DNA from: Phallusia mammillata
Taxonomy: Eukaryota
DNA length: 64,000 nt
NCBI GenBank assembly: GCA_965637545.1
Contig: OZ281500.1
Span: 7,254,001-7,318,000 of the forward strand
Reading direction: 5' to 3'
Notes under the pieces: generated by a model
Databases searched by the model: none
The model's input: only the letters and a program-made list of their open reading frames with translations
Told to the model about the DNA's origin: nothing
Translations under genes and position numbers: made by a program
In this document: positions 22,801 through 35,731 of the stretch, piece by piece
Position numbering within the stretch: position 1 is the first letter of the stretch
Layout: every line of letters starts with the position of its first letter

Positions 22801-25800
22801 GTTGGACCTGAACTTGAATACGTACCACCAGCCTACAAAACAAACTTTTGCAGGCACCAGCTATAAACCACCTGTCATGCCAAACAACACAATTGCAAAG
22901 TGCAAAGTGATTTGTATATGCACAGCTATGACGAAACTCAAATGCCACTAAATGTGTAATTTGCAAAGTTGGCATTCGGTAGATCGATTGTATCGTTTGG
23001 CGTTTGTCACGCCAACTACATGGGTTTTCACTATCAATCATTGCTATCAACCTTCTGCTAAACCCACCCCAAAAAGGTAAAAACAAATGCGCCAATAAGT
23101 GGACACCATCTGCTGCACTGCACTAATATAGACGAACATGTATACCAGATCTTGCGGTCTGTAGCCCATAATGTTATGCAGTAAACATGCTCACCAATGG
23201 TAAGGTGGACGGGGCTGAAGGTTGCAAAGGACGCTGGAATATTAGCTGCGACCCAACAGCAGCTGGAAGGGGTGCGGCTGATAGAAGGGCTGCGTTTCGG
23301 TTAATTACACCAATCCATTTCTCCAATTCATCTTCAGAACTAGAAAATGAACAAAAGCATTGTTATTACATTCACTATTTTTGCATTTTGAAGGTTTGTC
23401 AAGGGTTGTGTTGATTTTAAATCTCAATAAATTTGAAGCTATAGTAATGATAAGCGCATTATCTGTGTACGGCCATCAACATTAAACCACACAAGTTACT
23501 GATAAGGCTGCAATGCTACACAAACACACATGTATAACAACAGGTCAACATGCGATGACGCTAAACATTAGATAAAACTTGCTACAAGGAAGTAGTGCGC
23601 ACACTTTCAAAATGCCAACTCTGCGGTAACGCGTCTTTTTTGCGGTTCAAACGCAAGTCAGTTCGCAAGGTGAGTCATTTCACAACATTGTGACGTCACC
23701 ATCAACGCTAAACGCTCGACTGCCTGCCAATCCAACGGGCGAGCCGTGGTTGTTACATTATATTTGTACATGTTTTTTCAAGATAACATAAGAATTTGTT
23801 GTCAAACCAGGTTGTGGTCGAAAAACAAGGCGACGACCTGCAGGTCTTAGGGGTCAAAGCAACGCACCTGGCCTGGAAAAGAAGGGCACTCCTGTTGGCG
23901 AAAGAGACCCGAAAGACGTGGTCACGCTTGGTTGCGCCGCTCGTGGGTAGTTCTACTTCAGCGAGGCTGTGGTGGATCGAAACCTTGCTTGCTTGAGTTG
24001 CTCCTTTCTGTGGGAAAACATGGGCAACATGTCAAGTTTTTTTTAGTTAGTTAGTGTGAGTAAGGGTAACAGGAAATTAAAAAGTTTTAATTAAAATAAT
24101 TGTTTAATTCTTTTTTGAGAAATAGCGTTTCCTGAAAGCAAGCACTCCCATGTTTTAGCTGGTTGTATGCCAAAATCAACCACCAAAACATTTACGAAAT
24201 GTCAAAAAAAACTTTAAAAAAAGCGTTTGCGTATTATTGGTATGTTACGATGTCACAAACACAAACACTCAACATTAGCTATATAGAGCTCTTTTGGCAA
24301 TTGTATTTTTGTTTCGACGTCCTTTACAGGTCGCCTTTATCAGGATAAAAACACTCAACATTTTCTAACATTGTCCGGTTCATAAAGAGCAATGAACTTT
24401 CTTTAGGCGTATACTTTTGAGCAAAATCGACAGCGCTGGCGAAGTTAAGTGTCTGTACTCGCTCACGCAATGTGGCCAAGGAAAAACGATTGGTTAATTT
24501 CAGAAACCACAAACAGGTGCTCAAGGAACAGTTCAGAGAGCAGAACCCGGCCGAGGAGTTTCTGCCCTGCCGATCCCACGGTTAATATAACCAGGGTTTT
24601 GCGTAATTTCCTAATTATAACTGTTCAGGGCGATTTACATGAACTCGAAAGTTGAGGTCGATAGTTGGTAATCCAAAGCGTGAGACTAATGAAGCAATCA
24701 ACCTTGGTTTAAAACCACAGGTGATATTGAAATAATGATTTATACATTGTCTGTACAATATTCTATTTGAAAACTATAGTTAAATTTGTAGGTGAATCTA
24801 ATCACATATCACTCTTTGTTGAAAAATGTCATGTGCTATTTGCACAACTGAACAAGATGCATTTCACTCCACAGGGCACTGAAGCGCTGTCAAACGCAGC
24901 CTTGTTTACAGGAAGTGTCGGACTATAGTGAATTGTTCACCCGGTAGTTTGAAGTTTGACAACAATGATCGTGAGGCATTCCACCCCAGTTAACCCAAAC
25001 AGTTTATTGCTGCATTACACAAGGCCCTCGCGTCACCTGATTACGTAACAAAGTATGACGTCATTCACACCTATACTCGAACAACTACCGGCACGTATTA
25101 ACGCAAATTGCACGCAATACTAATGGACAGCCAGGCCAACAAGCTCAGTAACGGGAACTAGGCGGCTGTTTACGCAAATTGGTCTCATACAAAGCAGAAG
25201 GGAGACATTCATCCTGTTGGCTTCTTTGTTCCCCACACACAATAACGCCTACGTTGAGGCTATCCCAGTTTCGAAGTCTTAACTCCAGCCAAGAAGTATC
25301 CCGCCATGGAATTCGGAATTATTCTATTACGGGACAATGCCAATGTATGCTGTTCCAAGTTAATTAATGAAACCGAAATAAGCCATATGCCAGGTGACTG
25401 TACAGACTGGGTGGTGCTCAAGGCCTTTTATGGCGGTAGGCTGCTATAAAGGACATCTACGCAACCGAAAACGTGCAATGAAATTGTTTCCGGACGTGCA
25501 GTCCAAACTGGTGACTGCTAAATTATGAATCAAAACTACAATGACGCTATTCAGTACACTCTATTAGTTGGAACATTAAAAGGATGATTAATGAGGAACT
25601 TGTATATTGTGGACTCCGTTTATAGCAAACGTTTTTATTATATCTCTGATGTAATCATTGGTATAACGATAGATATTTCAAGATACTTTTTAACGTCAGG
25701 TTCTTGGTTACGTTCATTTACATTTGCTATGTATCATAATATTCTCTACAATACATCGTCAGTAACCTACAATCGTTTAAAACCTAGGATTTGCTTCTAC

Positions 25801-28800
25801 TGGACTGATTTGTAAAACAATAGTAGGTTTCATACAAAATTAGGAATTGTTATATTCTAAAGACAAGTTAAACAGTGCTGACATTTTGTGTTTCTTGTAT
25901 TTATGTTAAGTGTAGTCGTTTCAATGTGACCTCTCAAAAAAATAAAAACGTTTAACGCCACTCCCAAGAGAGCCAACTTAAAAGTCGAAGTTAATTAACG
26001 TTCAGGCTCTTGCCATGTGAACGAGAGTTTAAAACAGGTGTCACATAACGAGTCGATCCCAGGGGGAAGCGGGCGCACAGGAAACGACACAAATGTGCAA
26101 ATAGCGCACAAGTGCCAACAGCGAGTTTTACGATCGATACGCGAGATCTACGCAATGCTCCTACCTTGGCCAGATGTAGCTCTAAGCCGTGGATGGCAAC
26201 GACTAGCAGCTTCCATTTCCTCTTTCGTTTTGAGGCTGCAAACAAAAGACAAAGCAAGGTTAATGGTGAGACAGACGTGAGGAAGAATGCATTGTGTGTT
26301 ATAGCAACGCAAACCCGATGGCTGCAATATAGTAAGTTTCTCGCTGCTTCTTTATGGCGAAGAGTGAAAATGAAATAATTGGACGTGTGTTTATTTTTAG
26401 TTCGAAGTGCACATAAACATTACTGGCGATCGATCAGTAACCTCCCTGTTTCCGTATTTATTCAGGGTAAACACAAAATATGAACCCAAGCAAAAAGACC
26501 ATACCGGTGCACTTTCGTCTTCGGAAATTACGCCACTATACATGATAATAAATTATTATCCACGCCAAAAGTACAACAACGAAACTGCCACTACAGTGGT
26601 TAATTCATTACATATGACAAATGTTAAACCAAATTTGACCTTACAGAGCTGAGGGGCGCGACATTTTGTTTTCGAAAACTGGTGAACTACGAGCCAAAAA
26701 ACTCCTGTAAAGGGCAAAAGTATCGAAAACAGCAATTCGTCACGTGGGGATTTACGCAGAACGTTACCTGTGGGTTTTTTTAACTGCCACAAATTTTAAA
26801 CAACACATCATATAAGGGAGAAATGCCGTGGTATCAATATACACATGATCGACAGATTAAGTCGCTACACAGCGCTTTGTGTAAAAAGTGATTCTGAACA
26901 AATGTCATTCTACATTCACTGATTAGCAATTGTTTGTAAGGACACACAATATATCATTTTTAAAATACAAAGCCAACGTTGAGAATTGGAGAATAGTGCT
27001 GTTATAGCATACGGTGATTATTCTCGCGTGTCAGCAAATTGGCAGGCTAACGAAGCGCACGGACAAATCTGATAAACAGCAACGTCAGACAACTACGTAA
27101 TGTATACGCCCACTCTGTGTTAATTATGAGTTGCGATCACATCAGGGCAAAGCTCCCAGACTAAGCCGATTGCGGGTTTGGGTGCGATCAGGCGTAAAAA
27201 CGCACAACTGGGGCTCTTAAATCGTCACCAAATCACATGATTGAATCGCATTTGCTTACGAATTGCTCGAGCGAGAAATGAATCACTATAGGTTGCTTTG
27301 TATCGTATTTCTTAGCGTTGGCAGAAGGCATGTGTAAACTGCATTGTTTTTCGGCCTTACAGCGTGGGTATATTTAACGCACCGTATCAGATACAGTCAT
27401 GATGCAGTGTACCACGACTTTAGGCCTACTGTCTTTCTTGTCGCGAGTCATATTAAGGTGATTAATTCATCAGTAAAAAGGAGGGGGTAGAAACAGGTAT
27501 GCTTACATCACTTGCTTTTAATCCCCACGCGATTTATAAATTTGTTCTAACCAAGAAAATGAATATCGACACACAAAACGATGGTAATTAGTTTGAAGGG
27601 CACATTTTCAATAAAGTGGTCACGGTTTACAGCAAACCAATTCACTCCACAAAAACAGTTGGTAAAACTGGTAGCTACTACGATCTAACAATCGGTCGCT
27701 ACAAACGAACCACGGCGATTGCGTGTCAGGTATGTTAAGCGTCTTGTAGTACATGTTTTCGTGCGCTCCAAGCCCAGGTAAGGTTTCGTTAGCCATGCGG
27801 GCGTGGCGACAGCGTGGGCCCGTGAATAAAGCCAAAGCCTCAACAACAATGCATTCATCGCTAGCTGAAATGCTCGCACCCGCGGGTCGGGCAGGGATGA
27901 GGCGAGGGCTCGATGTTTGCTGTGTCAACTGTGTGAACGACTAAACGCTGATCGTTTGGCGAAAACATTAACTGCGAATTACTAGCGAAGTAAGTTTCGA
28001 TGACGGCGTTAGATTATGCCTGAACTCGCTGGCCGCTTATCAGTAAGTGGACAATTACTAACTGGAGACAAAAAATAATAAATAGCTGATCAATGGGAAA
28101 TCACCACTCAGTGTTGTGCTACAAGCAACCCTAACTAGTAATTAAAACAAGGCAAAGATCACATACAGTAACACTTTAAGCCAAGTTGTTTTGATTTCGT
28201 AGGATTTAAATCAAAGCATTTTAGTTTTTTCACACTAACATTAATTCATATTAAAACAACAAGCAGTACTTGTCCTTTAAAATGTGAAAAAAAACTTACT
28301 TCTGTTTCCGTCACTGTCAACGATTAGTTTGCGAAACAGTACTCCTTGTTTTTTGGGAAGTGTTTTCGTTTTGCTACTTCTCCCACCCATTGCCACAGCC
28401 CCCATGTCCTCTCGACTGGGACGCATAGGCAGAATAGGTTCAATAGCTGCTCTGTTCAATCTATTGGATTGTGACCTTAGAACAAACAAAGGATTTTTCA
28501 GTAAATGTTGTATGTAGATATACATGATTAAATCAATGCCTTATAACTAATGTAATGCCTTTAACAATGCCTTATTGTAGTTGGTGCCAGGAGTATAACT
28601 TTTAGTTGTTCAGTAGCTAAACAATAACAAGGCAGTTACAATTTCACTTAATAGTCTCATATTGGTTGTGATCCTTTTATTCTCCTAAAACAGTATTGCA
28701 ACACATTGAAGGATCACTAAATGAGTCATGCATACCATGCCTAGTCTAGCTCTCTAAGCACATATTGACTTGGAAAACACTTGTATTATTAATGACTTTG

Positions 28801-30957
28801 CTGGTATGTATTATTTAAGAGAAAATCCACCCAGACACAGTCACAAGATCAAGGTCAATTGCGTAACCTTGAATTGAACGACTTTTAAGTCAGGTACAAT
28901 AAAAAAATTTAATACTAGTAAGTTACACTGTAGTACCTTGCTACAATGGCTGCTTTGGTGGTTTTGGGCTTCATAGATGGAGATTTTGTTACTCGATTTG
29001 AAGACTGATGCTGACCGTTCTTCTGGGCAGCTCTGCATACACAAACATTGTACAATCAGAAAATACAAAAAAATATTTATTAAAAATAAACAAACAAATG
29101 TTTAGGTCACATTATGGTGCAACTAACAATGGGGAAATACAGCGTTACCACCAGAAAAGCCATAAACTTACCCTGATCCAGACCATGGCAAAGGCTTTTT
29201 CTTGATGGCTTTGTATATATCCTTTAACAATTGTGTAGGAAAGTTGTTGTCATCAGGCCCAAGACCTTCCAGGTTGTTCACAAATTCCTTACATGTCATA
29301 CGACGACGATTAGCCATTGCGGTGCCCAAGTGAAGATCAGTGTTTAGCAGTGCAATGGCACAAATCAACTTGTGTGTGGTGTCTGCAAAGCAAGTACAAT
29401 CATTTACAAAAAATGCGCCCCATATAGATTACTTTCATTAATTTCGGCAGCAAGTCATGTGCAGACAAACATGAATAATGCAGCATATTTTTGGCACAAG
29501 TACCTTGGGATCCATTAAGGAATTCTGGGTTGCAAGCCACATATCTGGTTGCCAAGCAATCCAGAATACGCTCTCTTTCCTGAGACTCGCCTACGAGAAC
29601 GAAGTGTGTAAAAAAGGACCTGTAATACAAACATTTAAAATTTAAAAAACAATAAATCAATATTCGGTATTAAGTAAAGCTGTAATCCTAATGCAATCTG
29701 TTTCCCAAACATTTACTCATGGCAGCAAAGGGCATTTGGGGGTATAAAGTGCTATGACAACATATATGATGTCACACCAGTGACAGGGGATTAAATCTAG
29801 GTCCATCATTTTTTACTGGTCATTACATCTGCGTAGCTGACACAAATTTATGTTTTTTGAAGCTACCACCTGCAAAGTATAGAAAACTTGCGCATTGGCA
29901 ATAGTAATGACTGTGGAATGTGGGGTAACCTTAGCACTCAACTGCTTTACAACTTACCTCATCGCTTCATCCAAAGTTTGTTTAGAAAAATTAAAAAACG
30001 CCATGTAACTAGTTGCAACATTCCTGGAGTATTCATCACTGCCAAAAAAATACTTTATGTATGTATGTGTACACAAACTTTGCTTAAAGCAAGATACATA
30101 AGTAAATCAATTTAACACTGTGAAAGCATCAAGTCAATAAATGATAAGCTGCACATTATTTTGACTAGCTGCACCGATGAGTAATTATAGGTCGAAACAG
30201 TGTGCACAGCTCATAATTTAACATTAAAGACCAAGTTGAAGTTGACTTGGCAGCTATATAATGCTAAAACTTTTTGCAAACTTAAAAAGCAATGGAACTG
30301 TCAGGCAACTTACGTTTTTGAAAGATGCTTTGCAACATCAGCTCTCTCAAAACCATCCAGAAGGAAAAGTTTGTTTGCAAATTGAGCTGCACTCTGGCGA
30401 ATGGGTCGATGGTCAGATTTTCTGGTTAGCAACGGTGAAGATCTAGTGCGAGTGGGTAGGTTTAACTGCAATTTATTCCTATCACTGACTTCTGTGTCAG
30501 TTGCATCTGATAAAGATGAGGATTTTTTCTCTACATCATGGTTGGGTCTTGACATGGTATGAAATCCACTATCCCTACGATCAGAGGTTTCTGAACTTCT
30601 GCTGTCAGGCACTGGCAAAGTGACATCACTTTTGCCTATTTCAATACCTGCGCTACTGTCATTATCAAACCTATTAACCACAAACAGTTGGGAATCCGCA
30701 GTTACAGAACTGAATACTGAAGAGTTTAATTCATCCACAGCTGTGTGATTTCCATTATGTTCTGCAATTTCTGCTTCTTTATCCTTGTTATCATAACAGT
30801 ACTGCGTCAGAAACAAGGACTCCACTGCTCCTTCATTTTGTTCACATTTTGGTGAATTATTGTTGTGCTGTATGAACTGGTTGATGATAGATCCATTTCG
30901 ACTTCGGTCCATCTTTTTACGGGGGACGTTATCCATAACTGTGTGCAGTTGGAGCAT
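19816..30957 (-). CDS. PSD: PSD/EFA6-family Arf6 GEF (Sec7, PH, coiled coil), about 931 aa
   Basis: Exons 30957-30314, 30038-29958, 29619-29504, 29382-29172, 29032-28937, 28475-28300, 26235-26165, 24007-23868, 23339-23195, 21130-20987 and 20787-19816 total 2796 nt in frame. Sec7 motifs: LFLLDGFERADVAKHL, FVLVGESQERERIL (glutamate finger kept) and ALLNTDLH. PH motifs: KQGVLFRK, RKWK, SIHHSLA and WIGVINRNAA. The start codon is tentative and upstream exons may exist. Confidence 0.88.
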
Positions 30958-32395
30958 CTTATTCACGTCCAAAAACGATTATAAAAGTAATACCCGCATA
31001 CTAAACAAAGTAAAAGTGTCTTTAAATAAAATATTTTTGCAAAAGTTAATTTGAAAACCTAGCAGTAATCAGTAATACCGCAAAAAAATCACTGAGTAAA
31101 CGATCCTCATTTTCGTCACAACAGAATCGTTAACAAATAAGATAACTACGTTGACTTTGGATTAACTTCAAGGCTGTATGAGTTTGCTTTTGGTATAACC
31201 TCGTCGAGTCTATTTCGCTTGGTCAAAAATAACGACCCAATTGTTGTCACAAAAATGTACGCTATTGACTGTCTTACTAAACCTACCGACACGTTTTTCA
31301 AATAGGCAACAACTTACTGTCAAACGTTCACTGCTTAAATACAAAAAATGCAAATGAATCAGTCACACACTGCGAAGAAGAAAAACGAACGCTTCAACAC
31401 AGTCATAGACAAAACAAAACCGAAGTCCTAGCGATCCAGCGACATCTGGCGAAAAACAATTATCCAAAACATTGCAATGAAAAGGAACCTTTAGGGGTGC
31501 GTTAAATACGGAATTGTTTTTTGTTGTTGTTGAAATTTGGACTGGGTTGGCAAGATAAGCATCTGAACTATTGTCGAGTTTTTGTCATTACTTCTGAATG
31601 AGCACTCTGCAGCATAATGTGAAGAAAGGGTCCTCAACCACCGGCAGGGTTTCTTTTCCTGTCGAACCCCACCCTCTTTCCTAATACGGGTGGTTAGATT
31701 CTAGGGCCCCCTCGACTGGTCCCACCAACGTTTACCCCGCAGTCGTGCTATACTCACAATGCCCCATACTCATTTTCTGGTGAGCTCCTGCCACATAACC
31801 CTTTATAACAGGGTGTAGCTGCAGCGTGTTTAAACATGATCCACTTTCTTGCGCCCAATAACGTCTTAACGTTGCGCAGCTATTTACGGCTTGGTGATTG
31901 TTCAGTGCAATTGTGTCGCTTTGTGTTCTTTCACCAAGCGAAATAAACTCAACTCAACCTTCTCTTTTTTTGAAACCGATGCTGCAAGTTGATATCAATT
32001 CTAATTGCATGGACATTTTCTTAAAGGAAAAGTTAAACCTATTTTGTAAAAGAAAATTAGAGGACCATAGCATTTTTATCGAAAGTCTACATGCTAAGCA
32101 ATGACTTGTGGTCATTGTGTTTGTCTACGCCGGTTGTTATACTCTGATCGCAACAATCGCATATTTACTTTCCACATGCGTAGTCTACGGCAGAGTCGTT
32201 TTTAAAGTTTTCTTTATCCGAAATGCACGAAATGAGTTTTGAAACAAATGCGATATAAAAAAATACACAGCGAGCTTACAATCTATCTGACAGAGCCAAA
32301 AAGACAAATAGATCCGCAACTTACAAAAAAAACATGTTGTATTAACCCTACATTATTGATCAACCACTGCTTTTTTGAAAGACATAACGATACGA

Positions 32396-35215
32396 TTACA
32401 CTTTATTGGGCTTTATGTGCTGCAAGGATTCCTTTTCTTCAGATTCACTTTTCTCTAACGAATGTTTGCTTTTGTGACGTCGTGCAGCAAACACCGCCAA
32501 GGAAAAGAACACGGCATTTGTGCAGCTAAGAGCTGCTGCCAGATACATCTAAACAAAGATATTGTAAATAAAGAGGTTAAAAAATGAAAAAAAAAAAAAA
32601 AAAAAAAAAAAAATGTGTCACAAAGCTACTTACAACAGAAAAAGGGGATGTTTGGAAAAGCAAGCCACCGATCGGCAAAATGACAATGCATCCGGTCATT
32701 CCTCCAATTATAAAAAGGATCATGTATTTGCCGCTCACATTTGTGACTTTTGACACCCACGTCACACCTGAAATACAGCACATAGGCCGCAACAATCCCA
32801 AAAACAGAAATGGAGTAATATCACCAGGTTTTAGGTATAGTTACCTGAAGGATATAACGGACCGACGAAAAAACCATGAGCGCAAGATACAAGCCACGAA
32901 ACCCATTTTGTGGACTGACCAAAAATGATCATAACAATCTAACGGAACAACAAAGCGATACATTAACGTACAAAAAATGCGTCTTAAACATGCATTAATT
33001 GTTTACCATCATCGTACAAGTTCCACATATACTGAACGTGGCGATATATCTCGGTTTCGTGAACGAAGCAGCAAAAATACCCGACCCTCTTCCGAGAAAG
33101 AATCCAATCCAGTACAAGGAATTGATTACAGTAGCCTCAGAAACCTAACCAAAACAACTTCACAATAAAATTTAAAACTTTACAATTGAGCTGCGAGCCA
33201 TAGGATCATTTCCAAGACTCTAATGCACACCAAAAGCCTACAAGTTTCGAATGATTCGCTACAAAGGTCAAAATGTGGACTATACCGTAAAATTCAAATC
33301 AGAACAAACTGATACGGAGTAAATGAAGCTGCCAAATAGAATCTCATTGGACACGTGACAAAAGAAATAACCGATGAGTGGAAGGAATATCCAGATGACG
33401 TCACGTAAAGGTTCCTCTTTCCTCGTTTCCACAGCAACGCCCACCGTCTCCAAACCAGTACTCACTTTTTCTAGACACAGTAATAAAAAAATGGTCTGTA
33501 AAAGGAAAGAATTGTGCAAACACTGATGGACAACATAATTACCATCAAAGTTCACTCGGGCCATCACAGCAACGATCGCAGCGAAAACGAAAAAGAAGAT
33601 TCCAATAAGAATAAAAGTCCAACCAACAGGGTTAAATGTCTGGAAAATATAAAGTTAAGCTACAACGTTGCAAAATGTAACATTTGGCAAAAATATCTAC
33701 CGTGTTTGCAGTCAGTGTTACATTCGCAGTTGCATTGTCTGTATTGTTGTAAACCGGACAACCTCCTGAGTTTGACTCATGTTCTCCATACGCCTCCACA
33801 AGAAATGGTTCAGCTGAATATGATAAGTTAGCTTTTTGGTAGTTATGAAAAGTTTTCCCGCTGTTGGTGGTACATAGAGCCAAACCCTTTTCTCCAGAAT
33901 AATTAATATTTTTTCAAATGGAAGACAAGTGACGAAAAAACTAGCGTGTGTCCTACGACTTGTAAGAAAAACAAAAACGCTCATTAACAACTACAAACCA
34001 ATAATAGGAGCGATGAAACCGCCGATGCCGATGGAAAAATGATAGATGTAGATCAGGGGCCGTGAAGCAGTTGCTCCCCACAAACGTAATACAAGGGCTT
34101 GTAAACCTGCACAAAAAATAATTGACTTACATTCTCCTTGTAAAATTTAAAACTTTAGCCATATACTAGAACGGGGCAAGGTCTTTTTTTACCTTCTACG
34201 TAGGTATATACGTTTTTGTACATTGAAAATTCAGAATGGCGTTTTCTGCATTATTTTGTTCAATAAACCTTGGCTGATGCGGGTTTTCAATGCAGTGGGT
34301 GAGATATATTTTTAATTCAGTTGCGGCATAAATGTCGAAAAAGTGACGCCACATGCCGACACTCAGTGTAACATTCATTTCAACCGAAACAACTTGAGAC
34401 AAGCAGCATGGCTTCTTGTAATGCAAACACTTATAACACGTAGCTGTGTTGACTTTCACAGTGGAAAGAATTTAACCGCAAAAGGTCAAACATATTTCAA
34501 CGATTTTAAACATTTGTCGCACCGGGTTCATTCGCACTGACTTACCTACGTCTAAATAACCGAATGTAATGCCACCAGCCGTCATCATAACAAACATAAG
34601 AGCATAATTAGTCATCCAAGGTACAAAAAAGTTTGTCACTCCTTTCAAGAGCAGAAAGAAAGCTGAAAATGTGAAACGCACATGTAAAGGCAAACATAAA
34701 CCAAACGGATTTGTTTAAGTGCTCATTAAAGAAGATGAGTACCAAATTAGAAAAATTTGTGCCTGGCATGATAATTTTTTTTTTTGCTTTGGCAATAAAT
34801 GATAACGCCGTACTGTGTTTTGTCAGTGCAAACATGCGCTCAAAGATGTGTTTAAAGTCAACAATTAGATAGCAACTTGCCTGAAAAGTAAAGTGGGTTA
34901 ATCTTTCCTTTAGTCCTGTGGTAAACAAAACCAACCAAAAGGCCGCCGAACAGGCATCCTGCAAACCTTCCACTGAAGGCGGTCGAAAATTGTTTTACTT
35001 GCACCCCGACAAGATTGCTAAGGTATAGCAGAGTAGGACCAGAAATAGATAGATAATAACCCTGCGTATAGAACAGTAAACGAATTGTAATCATAAAATT
35101 CATTCATATAAATATCTTAGCCGAACTTCGAAATAAAACACACACGAAACCTTACCATGCCTAAGCGAATCATGTACACGACGAAGAGAAGAAAAACGGC
35201 TTGAAGCGACCACAT
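32396..35215 (-). CDS. MFSD4/NaGLT1-like major facilitator transporter, copy A (about 459 aa)
   Basis: 11 exons: 35215-35156, 35061-34881, 34662-34546, 34106-33999, 33813-33701, 33639-33543, 33470-33286, 33144-33007, 32938-32845, 32767-32634, 32548-32396; 1380 nt in frame. Motifs GYYLSISGPTL, GYLDVGLQALVLRLWG, YHFSIGIGGFIAPIIAEPFL and GPLYPSG, with many hydrophobic segments. Intron 2 has a GC donor. Confidence 0.82.
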
Positions 35216-35731
35216 CTTTTTTAAAAAGTGATATGTATATCCACTGTCTATTTATTGCATAGCTAAACCAATCTGACAAAAGAACGGGTATGTCACAACA
35301 ATCAACAAAAAAGTTGCTAAGGTTTAAAATGCATGTATACAACTGACCGCACAAGACCTCGTCTACACCTCTATTGGCAATTCTGCAAGATGACACTTTG
35401 TCCACGTGCTGCACAGCGTGTTTACTTTTCAAGCCTATTATTACTTTCAAAGAGTGTCACAAACCGCAAACTCAGCCGACTGTTTACCGTCAGGAGGCGG
35501 TGTCAAGTGACAGTATATCAACTGGGAGGAAATAATATTTCACAGAAGCGATATGTGATACAACACAAAAAAACCAGGACCTCCAGCGGACACGTTATTT
35601 TCAAAGAAAAAGTATCATTTCAGATTAAAGATTTTTTATGTCAGCTTAAAAATGTGACTCTCAGGTAAAAATAGCCTTGTTTGTTTACTTTTATCTTTGA
35701 AACACAGTACAATAACATAAACAAGATGAAG

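Noticed and set aside
27985-28045. Hammerhead-like arrangement on the minus strand (CTGATAA...GAAAC)
   Set aside because: The core is mismatched (CUGAUAA), and stem I and the cleavage triplet cannot be formed.
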